A stretch of 64,000 nt of DNA from Octopus vulgaris (GCA_951406725.2 OX597837.1:46996001-47060000); one strand, 5' to 3'. Positions 14,735-29,847 are shown, counted from the first letter of the stretch. Numbers and translations are program-made. Notes: generated from the sequence alone by a model not told the origin.

Positions 14735-14985
14735 CCACATATGTAAGCAATTATAGAAAGACAGATAAACAGTCATACATATATAGAGATAAACAAGGAA
14801 AAATGGTAAATATCGATGCTTCTATGGAGTGGTAGATCTACCATACACGTACATGTGTGCCATTTCATATATCAACACTGCAAGTGTTTTTGTTTATACG
14901 ATGGAGATGCGATTGTGATACTTGTGCACTGATGGGCGAAAAGGCGGGTGCACTCTCTTTTTCTCCGACAGTCAACACCGGGCAG

Positions 14986-15064
<79 letters not shown>

Positions 15065-15247
15065 ACTATTACAACAAAAGAGATGACATGGAAGTTTCGA
15101 CCTGCTGGCCTCCTCCATCCGAGGAAGACCGAAACTTCGAAGTCACTAATCAACTTTCAATAATACCTGTAAAATTGTTTTTATTTTCAGTCGACATAAA
15201 ATCGGGCCTTCATATATACATATATACATACATGCGTACATATGTAC

Positions 15248-15288
<41 letters not shown>

Positions 15289-15357
15289 TGTTGTGTGTGT
15301 GCATGTAAGTACATATATACATATACATATATATATATATGTATATATATGTATATA

Positions 15358-15389
<32 letters not shown>

Positions 15390-15415
15390 CATACACACAC
15401 ATATATATATATATG

Positions 15416-15475
<60 letters not shown>

Positions 15476-15497
15476 GAAAAATACAAACTGGGACAAG

Positions 15498-15975
15498 AGG
15501 CGCAGGCGTCGCTGTGTGGCAAGAAGCTGTTTCCGGTTTCGGTTCCCTTCAAAGTGGTCCTCCATCAAGGCCCCAATCAAATAAATGACCGAAACAAGTA
15601 AAATACTTTCTACACATACATACTGGAAAAGATGCTTGCCTGGGGTTAAAAGATAGTAACATGGTCCTACACACGACTGCCTCTTCACGTTGGCAAATAG
15701 ATACTATAGCCCTGGGCCGACCGAAGCCCTGTGAGTGGATATGGTAGACGGAAAACCCGTCGTATGTGCGCGCGCGCATGCGTGCACGTTTGCCTCCACC
15801 GGCGCTTGACAACGAGTGCTAGTGTGTTTACGTCCCTGTAACTTAGCGGTTCGCCAAAAGAGTGCGATAGAATAAGTACCAGGTTTTAAATATATAGTTC
15901 TGGGATCGATTTGTTCGACTAAAACCCTTAAAGGCGTTACCCCAGTATGGCCACAGTCAAATCAAATATAAGGAA
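15498..15975 (+). mobile_element. SINE family B, rearranged copy
   Basis: Head GGCGCAGGCGTCGCTGTGTGGCAAGAAGC at 15499 and body/tail at 15703-15960. Confidence 0.75.
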
Positions 15976-15978
15976 AGA

Positions 15979-16590
<612 letters not shown>

Positions 16591-16735
16591 TGAGTGATAT
16601 ATATATATTACTTGTTTGTTCCCTCTATGTTTAGCCCCTTGTGGGCAGTAAAGAAATAGATATATATATTACATATATAAATATAAATATATATCACCTA
16701 GCTGCCCGGATGTTTTGCGTTCTTGTCCCATTTTG

Positions 16736-16766
<31 letters not shown>

Positions 16767-17068
16767 CTGTTACTCAGTTCCACGTTCCCGTTCGTTGGAC
16801 AGTCTTGTTTAGTGTGTGTGTGTGTATATACTCACGAACATGCACACATATAGATGCATGTTTAATTGGGTTGTGTAATTGATGCAAGCGAAACCCGCGT
16901 CACTACAGGACGCAAATACTTTGCGGGGAGTAAATAAAAACCGACACTATTTACAACCGAAGATCCGTCGTTCCAAATAAATTCTCAAAACAATTTTAAG
17001 GGGCAAAACGTCTTAGTAAATAGTCACTGCGAATGTGTGCGCGCGTGCATAGATACACACACACACAC

Positions 17069-17162
<94 letters not shown>

Positions 17163-17250
17163 CGTATGGTATTATCCATATAAATCAAATGGGGTGATTA
17201 TAATCAAAATAAGCAACTAGGATATATCCAAAGGTAGTGTAGTACAATTG

Positions 17251-17287
<37 letters not shown>

Positions 17288-19079
17288 CAGGAAGACATCT
17301 CCTCATATATATATATATATTAATATATGCATGCGTACATGAATACATAGACACGAAATAGATAGCATTCGTTTATATTTAAAAAAAAATTTTTTGAATG
17401 TCAATACTGCATTTCGTATATATTTGAGCTTCGTAAATAGTAAGCATATACACACAAGTGCGCGCACACACACACACACACACACATTTAAATGTGTGTG
17501 TGTCTGTGTGTGGTTCAGGTGTACAAAAATCAAAAGACAGGTTGTAATACATACATACATACATGCATACATACATACAAACAAACACATACACACACAC
17601 ACACGTATATATATATATACACACACACACACATTCATACATACATACATACATACACACACAGACACACACATAATTAATGTTTGTTTTTATGTTGTGT
17701 TAAAAACAGCAATTATATTAAAGTGAATTATTCAATACTTTTTGTAACTCATTATTCTTCAGCAAGAATTATGTTGACAGTAATTTCGAACTTCTTGTTA
17801 AAGAATTTTATACTTAGATACAGACATACACATGTATATATTATATATACATATCTATCTATATATATATATAGAGAGAGAGAGAGGGGGGGGAGAAAGA
17901 GAGAGACGGAGGGAGAGGTGGGTAGAAAGGTAAAAAGCGATTTTCAATTTAGCAGACGACAAACAAGTTGGATCTGTCAAAGGAAGCGGCGACGAAGAAA
18001 ATGGGATAAAATAAAATAGATTAATAATGACGATATAAAGACAGACAGACAGACGGGGAGAAGGGAAAGAACAAAGGAAAGGAAGATGGTAAGGGAGAAA
18101 GAAATAAAGAAAGAAAGAAAGGAAAAGAAGGAAGAATATGAGTAAACGGGGACAACGAATGTAAAAAAAAATGGAAAACATCGAAAACGAAAAGAAGTAA
18201 AGTAAAAGAAAAAGAAGGGAATTTAAGGATTGAGCGAGGCGGTTGATTTAGGAAGGAAAAATAGGTAGAAAGGAAGAATAAAAGAAAGAATATGAAGAAA
18301 AAAGCAGAGCGAAAAACCCTAAGAAAAATAGTTGTAACTTACCTTTTGTAAGCAAATGTGTTGTACACAAAATGTAGAGAGAGAGAGAGAGAGAGAGTTT
18401 GTGTGTGTGTGCGTGCGTATGTGTGCGTGTGTGTGTGTGGTGCATGAGTGGAATAGAGAGGAAGAGGAAGAGAGCGAGGAAGGGAATAAGTGAGAGAGAG
18501 AGAGGGAGAGAGAGGGTGAGTGAGTGAGAGAAAGACAGAGAAGGGATAAAGAAAAGAAAGGAAGTGAGAGATGACTGTGATAGAGAAATGCAAACAAATT
18601 GTTAGTTAGAGAGAGAGAGAGAAAGAGAGGGGTAGTCTGCGAGGAAGAGGAAGAGGTTGTGGTGTGTCTGTAGTTCCCGGTGTTTTGATTGCAGCCCAAG
18701 GAGTGGATACTGAAGAAGCCAAACGTATTCGAATCGTTGTTATGATCACAGATTATCGCGCATCTTACGCGTGCTTTTACTCAGAAGGGAGATTATACCA
18801 TAATGATATGAACACAGATATATATCCATAAATGCTGGCGTACGCAGAAGGATGAGCGCGCGCGAAAACATTGTACATGCATCGAACGAGTGTGCATATG
18901 AACACGAGTACGTATATGTATACACGCATGAATGTACTTCATGCTTGTACGCACGCGTACACGCACGCACGCGTACACGCACGCACGCGTACATGCACGC
19001 ACACTCACGTTACCAGGTACACACAAGCGTACACAGGTGCGTGTATGTGCATATGCCTCTGTAAGTACTTATGTATGAA

Positions 19080-20371
19080 CGAGGGGGTACCCAAAAGTAA
19101 CCGGAAACATTCTCTGTGGGGCAAGGCAGTAGTAGTTCAGACTTCCACCACTAGAAGCCACTTGATGCTATCCTCAGGCATCAGTCTGCCGACCGGCGTC
19201 GTCCTGCCGCATGGTGCGCCGTTGTTTTATGGTGCTTCTCTCCTGTTCGTCGATTTTTGCGATGGCTAAACCGAAATTCTGTTTGCTGGGGGAAATGGCG
19301 GCCGAAACAATTGTCATGCTTCAAACAGCTTACAAGGACGCTGCCAGGAACAAAACGAAAGTTTATGAGTTGTTTTCACGCTTTAGGAATGGTCACTTGT
19401 CGCTTGAACATCAACCTCGTTCAGGACGACCATCGACCTCCCGAACGAATGAAAACATTGCGAAATTTCATGAAGTAATCTTGGGGGACCGTCGACGAAC
19501 AATTGACGAACTTGTTCAAATGATTGGTGTGTCCAGGAGTTCCTTGGTGTGTCCAAGAGTTCCTGCCAAAGAATTTTCAGCGAGAAATTTGGAATGAAAA
19601 GAGTTGCAGCAAAATTAGTCCCTCGTTTGCTCACAGAAGATCAAAATTAGTCACGGCTGGATGCGTGTCGTGAACTGAAAGAACAGTTGGAAGTTGATCC
19701 AGACCTTTTTCCGAAGGTCACCACTGGTGATGAAAGCTGGTGCTACGACTAAGACCCGGAAATGAAGCAGCAATCAAGTCAATGGATTCATTCAATGTCA
19801 CCACGCCCCCCCCCCCCCCAAAAAAAAAAGTGCGTCTAGTGAAGTCCAATGTGGAGACGATTCTAATTTGTTTCATCGATGCGAAAGGAATTGTCCACAA
19901 CAGAATTTGTTCCTCCTGGTCAAACTGTTAACCAGACATTTTACTTGGAAGTTCTGAAGTGTTTGCGAAACACGGTGAGATGAAAACGTCCCAACCTGTG
20001 GCAAAGTGGAGGGACGTGGTTTCATCACACATTGTCCTGAGTGTGAGACAGATTTTAACCAAAAATGGCATCACCTCGTTTATCCACCCTCCTTATTCAC
20101 CCGATCTTGCTCCCTGCGACTTTTATTTTGTTTCCCTGAATGAAAAAGTCCTTAAAAGGAAAACGTATTGTGTGTGTGGAAGAAGTGAAGTAAAAAACGA
20201 CGGAGGCGTTAAAAGGCATTACTTCAAAAGAGTTCCAGTGGAAAACACGTTTGGACTGATGCCTTGCTTCAAATGGAGAATACTTTGAAGGGGATAAAAG
20301 TGTAAAAACATGTAAAACTAAGGGAATAAAATAATATTGCAAAATTCTGGTTTCTTTTGGGTATTCCATCG
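19080..20371 (+). mobile_element. Near full-length mariner transposon (1292 bp) with a pseudogenised transposase
   Basis: Imperfect ~27-bp TIRs (CGAGGGGGTACCCAAAAGTAACCGGAA / TTCTGGTTTCTTTTGGGTATTCCATCG followed by TA). Motifs PRSGRPSTS, AKLVPRLLT, TGDESWCY, HPPYSPDLAPCDF; stops and frameshifts. Confidence 0.92.
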
Positions 20372-20411
20372 TATGTAAACTTACATGTATGTATGTATGT
20401 ATGTATGTATG

Positions 20412-20912
20412 CATGGTCGGGTCGTTGGCGACTAAACCGGCAACCCCACCAAGCTTGCTTGGTGAGGAGGGCGCTTATTGGACACCTTGCAAAATGAAGA
20501 ACAAAACTCGTCAAAGGGCGGAGGATCTCTTGAAAGTCAACGGCCATCTAATAAATGTCTTAAGGCTGTATCATGCACAGGGACATAGAAATAATCGGAC
20601 TGAATACCCGATCGCGCGGTTAAACCATTGGGAGTGAAGGACTCCTAGCCTTTGGTAGGGCATCCTTCTAAGAGAAGGTAACTCAGGTAACTGGGATAAC
20701 TCCTACATAAAACCTGCGGCTCAGTGGTTACCGATGATGTTGACTTGTTCTTCTTTTCGGATTATGGCTGCTGTTGCTTAGTGAGTGGGATTGACTCAGT
20801 GCACAGCCTTTCCTCATTTGAAAAAAAAATCTTCTTGCACAGGCATTGCACGATAACAACATTGATTAAGCTTCGTGCAATGGCCATCCTCGATAACGAG
20901 GGGGCAGCCACC
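20412..20912 (+). mobile_element. Probable LINE (RTE-like) 5' UTR fragment
   Basis: GC-richer non-coding island between (ATGT)n tracts, with the hairpin CACCAAGC-TT-GCTTGGTG near its start; family assignment is tentative. Confidence 0.35.
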
Positions 20913-20999
20913 ATGTATGTATGAATGAATGTAGGTGCATGTGATCAATATGTTAGCATGCGTGGGGTTACAGTATCTCCCTATATAAGTGACCCCTCT

Positions 21000-21470
21000 A
21001 CTGCCAAACCGCGACTTAAAGACAATGCGAGGTGGTGCAATTAAAGTTAGATATGGACTGGGTTAGCAATGGCCAAACGTATATCAAAAGACTGATGGAA
21101 GGATAAGGGCAAGAATTTATGTGTGTGTTCGTCGCATTGACCATGACAAAGGATGGTGAGTAGAGAATCTGCATCAAATTTTGCCAAAAGCTTGGTGATA
21201 CCTGCTCAGAGACCTACGCAAAGTTTTCAAAGAGTTTTCATCGTTCTCAACACAATCAAGGAGATCTTGTGCAATTGAAACCCGAATGTCTTTTTGGTCA
21301 GCTGAAAGCAGTTTTGGCACAAACTTGGCCAACACGCATCTCATACCCAAATCTTCAGTGATAATGGACTGGACTGAACCGTAACTAATCTGCACATCCC
21401 CTGATAACTCGCAGATGGCAATTCGACAATTTTCCATCCCAGTTGCACGCACAAAAGCAATGTTTTTCTC
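21000..21470. mobile_element. Rearranged mariner derivative with an internal inversion
   Basis: Plus strand 21143-21230: MTKDGE*RICIKFCQKLGDTCSETYAK. Minus strand 21452-21220: [33 protein letters not shown]. Confidence 0.8.
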
Positions 21471-21487
21471 GCATTATGTATGTATAT

Positions 21488-21898
<411 letters not shown>

Positions 21899-22505
21899 CG
21901 ATATAATAGTCCTGATAGAGTAGAAAATAGGGGTATTTCCAATGAAATACTGAATCCACATTCGTGGCTGTCTACACTCTTGTTTCAAAGTCTCGAACAA
22001 AACCGAAGTTCTGCCAGTCTAGAAAATACAGGTACAACTCCGTTCAACCCAATGTGTGGGTCTAGCGACGTAAGAGTGCACCATTTGATGCATGTTTGAT
22101 GAAGTGCCATTCTGGAGTATAAAACCACTAATATTACGTAACTTTGAAAGCTTTCATGCAGTTGCTGCAAAGACAGAGTGGTACAGAAACAAATGTAACT
22201 GGTAGTCGCCTCATTTGATTATATATGTGTAATACAGGTACATATATATATGATGTAGCACTGAATTATATTATTATATATATATATATCACCCTTTACT
22301 GTGAACACCTGGAGAGTTTTGTTTGCTTGCCTGTTTGTTTGTAATTTAATACAGCCAAACCGGTACATAATGGGAAAATACTCTGAAAGTAAGATGTCAC
22401 TGAAATATTAATGCAAACGAAATAAAGAAAGTTTTGTGTAAATCGGACCACGTCTTCCAAAGATACGCGGTTTTTTCGGGTACCTTGAAAATAGAGTCTT
22501 AATCT

Positions 22506-22586
<81 letters not shown>

Positions 22587-22739
22587 GGATCTGACGTATT
22601 ACATTTAATTTAATTTGAGAATTAATTTCGTTAGACAATATATCATTTAATTATTAGGTGGCATATTTATTATGTAATATTAAATTAGGTATTATATTAA
22701 TTGATTTTTAGTCAACTATGTTATAGATTGATATATTAA

Positions 22740-22944
22740 ATCTATAGATATTACACATGTATATTAATTATATAGTTAGCTTATTTAATAAGTTTGTCTA
22801 TATTTGAACCATTTCTTATTTTGATTACAATTTAATGACTTGTACTAGCATTGTGTATTTTAGTTAATTTTAAAGTATTTAATGATTTAAGTATTGTTTT
22901 AGATTTCACTTAAAGTATATTTAGTATATATGTATATATATATG

Positions 22945-23026
<82 letters not shown>

Positions 23027-23339
23027 CATATATATATATTTGAAAGTATATTTATTAATTAATTATTTTATTATTCTAGTTTATTTTTAACCTGATGAGT
23101 GGCTATATTTATATGGAAGTGATTTTACTACTACTATAATCATTTCTTAAATATAACCACGAAACACGTGTCGTTATTCTACCAATTATATACGTTTTTA
23201 TTATTTGTTTTTGCAATTTACTTAATCATTGATATTTTATTGTTATTTTAATTTTAATATTTCTATTATATGTAATTTTCTAGATGGTGTAATTTAATTG
23301 TTCATTTTGAATTGATAAAAGGTGTTTTTTTTCTAATTT

Positions 23340-23375
<36 letters not shown>

Positions 23376-23454
23376 GTGAAATTTGATTTAGTATTTCTAA
23401 ATTGAAATTTTTCCTCTGTAAGTTTGGATTTAAATTCCCTCAAATAATAATAAT

Positions 23455-23458
<4 letters not shown>
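22740..23458 (+). mobile_element. AT-rich non-coding element carrying hammerhead H1 (second copy)
   Basis: Shares ACTAGCATTGTGTAT...TTTTAAAGTATTTAAT, the hammerhead block and TTGTGTGAAATTTGATTTAGTATTTCTAAATTGAA with 2933-3320; flanked by (TA)n. Confidence 0.7.
23088..23176 (+). ncRNA. Minimal type I hammerhead ribozyme, family H1 (second copy)
   Basis: TAAC CTGATGA GTGGCTATATTTA...TAAATATAACCAC GAAAC ACGT GTC GTTA; intact core, one mismatch in stem II. Confidence 0.85.
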
Positions 23459-23507
<49 letters not shown>

Positions 23508-23509
23508 TA

Positions 23510-23712
23510 GTCGCCATGATAGATCGTTAGCCACTACACACATTTTTTCTCTCTCCTTGTTTCTCTGCTTGTTTTTTTCTGAGTCCCTTTCTGTAGAAGA
23601 GCGTAGGTTCGAAACTTAAAAGACTTTTTCTATTTCTGAGCGTTATACTAATACATCTGGTTGTTTTGTACACCACCTGTCTTCGTCTTTTGTTTTTTTT
23701 TTCGTAAAATCT

Positions 23713-23716
<4 letters not shown>
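23510..23716 (+). mobile_element. Short (TA)n-flanked element with a degenerate hammerhead-like motif
   Basis: CTTT CTGTAGA A GAGC GTAG GTTC GAAACTT AAAAG at 23587-23622 parallels H4 but has core changes. Confidence 0.5.
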
Positions 23717-23770
<54 letters not shown>

Positions 23771-24015
23771 TTATATAAACTTATATAAGCCAACGCAGAG
23801 GACAGTTACGAAAATACTTACCTATTTTAAAACTTGCGTTGTTAAGCGTCTACACTTCTAGTGATACTTGGAAAATATAAAAGCGAACTCTATAAATTCT
23901 TGTCGTAGAATCTACTATATTTTCTATGTATTTTCTAGCCTAAGTTCAGGTGAACAAATACCTTGTTAAAGGAATTCACTAGATAGAAACAATGCAAGAG
24001 CCTAGTCGCATATGG

Positions 24016-24061
<46 letters not shown>

Positions 24062-24108
24062 CTGTGAGTGTAAATAATATATATTTACATAAATGTATGC
24101 ATACATGT

Positions 24109-24410
24109 GAAGGCGCATGGCTCAGTGGTTAGAGCGTCGAGCTTACGATTGTGAGGTTGTGTTCTTGAGCAAGACACTTTATTTCACTTTTCTCTATAGT
24201 TCACTCTGCTGTAAAAATGAGTTGCGATGTCACTGGTGCCAAGCTGCATCGGCCCCTGTTCCTTTCCCTTGGATAACACTGGTGGCGTGGAGAGGGTAGG
24301 CTGGTATCTATGGGCGACTGCTGGTCTTCCATAAACAACCTTGCCTGGACTTGTGCCTGAGAGGGTAACTTTCTAGGTGCAATCCCATGGTCAGACATGA
24401 CCGAAGGAGG
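24109..24410 (+). mobile_element. SINE family C (tRNA-derived head, RTE-like body), B box deleted
   Basis: GAAGGCGCATGGCTCAGTGGTTAGAGCGTCGAGCTTACGAT...; matches the reverse complement of 38195-38538 except for a deletion over GTTCGAATCCC. Confidence 0.85.
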
Positions 24411-24459
24411 TCACAGCATCCATACCACCGATATACATGCATAGACGTACAAACATACG

Positions 24460-24652
24460 CAGTTCTATATTTAAGAGACGAGGAATTATCTACATTATTT
24501 ATATTATTTACATTATTTACATTTGACGGATATTTGTCCTCGTCTTGTTTGTTGTTAACACAACGTTTCGGCTGATATACTCTCCAGCCTTCATCAGGTG
24601 TCTTGGGGAAATTTCGAGCCTGGGTTCTCATTCCTAAGGTATTTTTCGATGC

Positions 24653-24704
<52 letters not shown>

Positions 24705-24825
24705 GTTATTATTATTATTATTGTTATTATTATTATCATCATCATTATTATTCAGGTTATGCCTGTGGGCCTATGGCGTAGTGGTTAAGAGCACGGGCTC
24801 TTCCGAGTTCGATTCCAAATAGTTA

Positions 24826-24831
<6 letters not shown>
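24460..24831. mobile_element. tRNA/hammerhead element, rearranged copy (body on minus strand, tRNA head on plus strand)
   Basis: 24460-24655 matches 43040-43215. After (TTA)n, the head TGGCGTAGTGGTTAAGAGCACGGGCT...GAGTTCGATTCC is in the opposite orientation and is followed by (TAA)n. Confidence 0.8.
24557..24602 (-). ncRNA. Minimal hammerhead ribozyme, family H2 (inside a tRNA-headed element)
   Basis: Minus strand GACAC CTGATGA A GGCTG GAGAGTATAT CAGCC GAAACGTT GTGTT: stem I GACAC/GTGTT, stem II GGCTG/CAGCC, stem III reduced to the palindrome AACGTT. Confidence 0.78.
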
Positions 24832-24876
<45 letters not shown>

Positions 24877-24879
<3 letters not shown>

Positions 24880-25542
24880 CAAGTTACTGCAGAATATGTG
24901 AAAATAGAGAAGAAATGATAAATCACATTGTTTCTTGTTGCCCAGTCCTGGCTAAGAAAGGAATATATTCAGAGACACGACAGAGTTGGGACCTATATAC
25001 ACTGTAAGCTGTGCCAATACTATGGAATAACAACAGAAAAAGAACGGTATAGGCACACGCCAGAAAAGATCACTGAAAATGAGAAAGTAATCATACTCTG
25101 AGACATGCCAATACGCACAGATAGAGAAATTAAGGCCAATAGGCCGAATATAGTTGTCAGAGATCACCAAGAAAAAGATGCTTTCTGATCGATGTATCAA
25201 TACCAACAGATGACAAAAGAAACGGAGAGATTTTCAAAATACAAAGATCTGGAAATAGAGGTAACTCGAATGTGGAGTCTAAAAACATAAACAATTCCTA
25301 TCACAGTAGGCGCATTAGGAATGATAAAAAAAATTCAGACAAATATATTACAAAATCACCAGGAGTAACAACTATATATAACATACAGAAAATAGCACTA
25401 CTAAGCACTGCACACATCCTACGTAAAACACTTTCAATACTGTAAAAATAAGGGCATCACAACAAACCACAGCACATACCGAGGGCACACAGAGCTGAGC
25501 TCGGTAGTGAAGTGAAAACACGTGATAAAAATAAGACTATTC
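24877..25542 (+). mobile_element. R4/Dong-like non-LTR retrotransposon 3' end (CCHC knuckle plus restriction-like endonuclease) inside (TAA)n
   Basis: CRICENREEMINHIVSCCPVLAK, RHDRVG, TDREIKANRPNIVV, LIDVSIP, KYKDLEIEVTRMW, IPITVGALG, IQKIALLSTAHILRKTLS; (TAA)n on both sides. Confidence 0.85.
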
Positions 25543-25570
25543 AATAATAATAATAATAATGATAATAATG

Positions 25571-25689
<119 letters not shown>

Positions 25690-25710
25690 AAGAAGAAGAA
25701 GAAGAAGAAG

Positions 25711-25940
25711 AATGGTGGCAGAGGACTAATTAGTGTAGACCTTTGTATAAGGAGTGAAAGGAGAATGCTTGCCGAATATTTGATAAATAGTAATGAAGAC
25801 CTGCTGCAATATGCCGTGAAAGATATGGGTGTAAATGCAGATGAAATGATGGACAAGGAAGAGTTTAACCAAAGAGTTGAGAGAAGAGAAAAGACCTTCT
25901 TGAAATAAGAATGCACGGACAGTTTGAAAGGTATACACAG
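25711..25940 (+). mobile_element. R4/Dong-like retrotransposon fragment (region after the RT)
   Basis: NGGRGLISVDLCIRSERRMLAEYLINSNEDLLQYAV...MHGQF. Confidence 0.65.
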
Positions 25941-26398
25941 GACCATAAGGAGATGTTTATATTTATGACAGTTTGAATCTACCAATACCACAGGAACTAA
26001 CAGCACAAATAATAATGCTGTACTCACCACAAACAAACATAATTCCTACAGTTCGACAAGTTCATATTACTAATCCCCAAGTTGGCGCATATGATTGTGA
26101 CCTTTTTGCCCTGACCATTTGAACTGGTCACTGGAAACGCTCCAGAGTTTTTATTTGATCAGTCAAAAATGTGAGCACATTTAAGATTTTGTTTCGAAAA
26201 CAATAAATTTGTTCCTTTCCCGAAAGTAAAGGTTTTTCAAATGCCTACAAAAACCACAGAAGTTGCTCACTTTCTATCTGCCGCCCAGAAATGGATTACT
26301 TCTAGAAAGACGACTAAAAATTATGACTTCTCACATGAACATTCAGAACCAATTTTTTTTATCACCCAATAGGTTCCATCACACTAGAGAATAAGTAG

Positions 26399-26855
26399 GT
26401 CATAAATTTATCTGAACCAAAACTTTCTCCTGACGATATCTCAGTCTTGGAGCGTGGACTGAGTTTCTACCCAAGCACTAAGAATTTCGACAAGAATAAA
26501 CTAGCTCAAGGACAATTTCAGTTTGTCCACCGTCACAAGCTGTAGAAATATTTTTTGAAAAACCTGGTAACAAGGAGTCAGGAAACCCTATGCTTACTGA
26601 AAATAAAACTGATGATCGAATCTGGCAAAATTGGATTGAAAAGAATCTCTATTGGTATCCAGATAAAGTTCGAGATGGATGTCCACAAGCACTCCTGGAA
26701 TTTCTTGAATCTTGTCAGACAGGCATAAGGGAAAACCTTAAACAAGTGGAAAGAAGTCTTGAAATATCCTCACAAATTCCCAACGTTACGCATTCCGACG
26801 TCTTACTAATAATGATTCCATTGTTATTAAAATGGCGGGCAAGGGAGGCGCTTTG
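26399..26855 (+). mobile_element. Penelope-like element ORF N-terminal fragment (pseudogenised)
   Basis: VINLSEPKLSPDDISVLERGLSFYP (NLS...L.KGL.F.P motif) and LTNNDSIVIKMAGKGGA (IVIKPADKGGA motif); contains stops and frameshifts. Confidence 0.8.
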
Positions 26856-27299
26856 AATAAAGATGTTCTACCAGTGACTGTCTTGTATTTCTTTTAGACA
26901 TAGTGTACCTTGGTGTACATTAACCAAAACACATTTCCTTTTTTAAAATGCAGGACATGATTTGAGGGAGAGTTGGCTATTATTTCTTGTGTGTCAATCT
27001 TATTGATTTGAGTAGGATATTTCTGAGTAGTTGAGTTACTGAGGGGGTGGGGGTCAATGTTATTGCTGTTGATGCTGTCGGTGACGGTGTGTAGCCCCAG
27101 GCAAGACCTGGACCCGCAGAACTATGAAAATGATTCCGGCTGTGACTATTATACCTTTTTAGAAGGACTTGCAACAACCCCATCCCAAATTTACATCTTT
27201 TTAAGACGTAAGATACAATTTGAGTGAGATTTTGGTTGCTATTTCTAGCATGTCAAGCGACTACGTAGATATTTACCACGAGTTCTAAGTTGTGATCAT

Positions 27300-27367
<68 letters not shown>

Positions 27368-27430
27368 TGTGTGTGCTAGTATTATTACTGGGTAGATGCA
27401 TTATCGGGTGGCGTCTGTTAGCATTAGTAT

Positions 27431-27470
<40 letters not shown>

Positions 27471-27612
27471 TGTTGTTGTTGTTGTTGTTGTTGTTGTAGT
27501 GAGTCGATGTGTTACTGGGTGGTTTATGTTATCGATTCATTCATTGAGGGTACTTGATGGCCTACTGTCTATTCGGTAATTGCGGGATTTGATTACTTGG
27601 TCATTGAGTGAA

Positions 27613-27735
27613 CCACCGTCCACCACCACCACCACCACACCACCACCACCACCACCACCACCACCACCACCACCACCACCACCACCACCACCACCACCAC
27701 CAACAACACCACCACCACCACCACCACCACCACCA

Positions 27736-27779
<44 letters not shown>

Positions 27780-27796
27780 ACACCACCACCACCACC

Positions 27797-27851
<55 letters not shown>

Positions 27852-27886
27852 ACACCACCACCACCACCACCACCACCACCACCACC

Positions 27887-27918
<32 letters not shown>

Positions 27919-28400
27919 CAACAACAACAGCAACAACAACAACAACAACACCACCACTACCACCTCCGTAACTAACATCATTACGATTAACACTACCGCA
28001 TTAACTACTACAACAACACTTCTACCGCACTACCATTACCACCGCCACCACTACTTCTACACCATCATCAAAATCAAACTACAACCACCATCACCACACT
28101 TCAACCACCAACTCTACAAATACCACTACACGATCAGTAACACTACGATCACATCACCACCACCGCCACCACCACCACCACCACCACCGCCATCACTATC
28201 TCAACGACTACGACGACGACGACGACCACCACCACCACCACGACGACCACCACCACCACCACCACCACCACCACCACCACCACCACCACCACCACCTCCA
28301 CCACTACCACCACCACCAACACCACTGCTGCCACCACCACCACCACCACCACCACCATCACCACCACCACTGCTGCCACCACTGCCGCCGACACCACCGC
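27613..28400. repeat. Compound (CAC)n/(CAA)n trinucleotide region
   Basis: Alternating CAC and CAA blocks, then degenerate CAC/CGA. Confidence 0.95.
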
Positions 28401-28668
28401 TATGACAATTATAATTCTTGGGATGCTGCGAGTCTTGTGGCATCAGTAGGTAACTGTGTTACGGTGGAGTTTACGCAATTGGAAGATGCTTCGCTCGGGA
28501 AAAAAGGCTTTGTGGATGAGACGGGTGGTGGACGGGTGGTGGACGGGTGGATCGTTGTACTGGTTATCTGACCGATGCGAGGTGAATGTGTCCGCTGAAT
28601 GGTCGGGTGGTCAGGAAGTCGGAAGGTCGGGTGGGGAGTGGCGAACAGGCTGTGTTACTCACTAACCT

Positions 28669-28719
<51 letters not shown>

Positions 28720-28920
28720 CTTCTCTGTCTGTCTGTCTGTCCGTCGGTTGTAAGCGATGTTAATTGCTCGGTTTATTGGATGCTGTGGATGGTGTGTTAT
28801 CATCATCATCATCGTCATCGTCGTCGTCATCCTCATCACTAATAATCCAATTTGTTCTTGTGAAGGAGACAAGTGATTGGTGTGGCGCTGGTGTAGGGGT
28901 ACTGCCGCTGCAGTTAGTGG

Positions 28921-29182
28921 TCATGACGACGACGGTGTTGATGATGATGACGATGATGACGATGATGATGATGACGATGATGATGGTGATGATGAAGATG
29001 ATTATGTTGATGCTGATGATGACGATGATGATGACGACGACGACGATGATGATGATGATGATGATGATGGTGGTGATGATGATGATGATGACGACGATGA
29101 TGATGATGATGATGATGACTATGAAGATGATGATGATGATGATGATGATGACGACGACGACGACGACGACGATGATGACGAC

Positions 29183-29224
<42 letters not shown>

Positions 29225-29662
29225 AATGATGATAATGATGATGATGATGATGACGACGATGACGATGATGATGATGATGATGACGACGACGATGATGATG
29301 AAGATGATGATGATGACGATGACGATGATGATGAAGATGATGATGATGACGATGACGATGATGATGATGATGATGACGACGACGATGATGATGAAGATGA
29401 TGATGATGACGATGACGATGATGATGAAGATGATGATGATGACGATGACGATGATGATGATGATGATGACGACGACGATGATGATGAAGATGATGGTGGT
29501 GATGATGATGATGATGACGACGATGATGATGATGATGATGATGATGGTGGTGATGATGATGATGATGACGACGATGATGATGATGATGATGATGACTATG
29601 AAGATGATGATGATGATGATGATGATGATGACGACGACGACGACGACGACGATGATGACGAC

Positions 29663-29704
<42 letters not shown>

Positions 29705-29806
29705 AATGATGATGATGATGATGACGACGACGATGACGATGATGATGATGATGACGACGACGATGATGATGAAGATGATGATGATGACGATGACGATGAT
29801 GATGAA

Positions 29807-29847
<41 letters not shown>

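Noticed and set aside
18705-18745. CTGAAGA...GAATCGTT hammerhead-like string
   Set aside because: GAAA is mutated and stems I and II do not pair.
20412-20480. HDV-like ribozyme at the start of the RTE-like fragment
   Set aside because: A strong hairpin is present, but I could not assemble the nested double pseudoknot by eye.
27580-28443. Proline/glutamine/histidine-rich ORFs resembling formin or extensin
   Set aside because: Pure (CAC)n/(CAA)n with no codon variation and no flanking domains.
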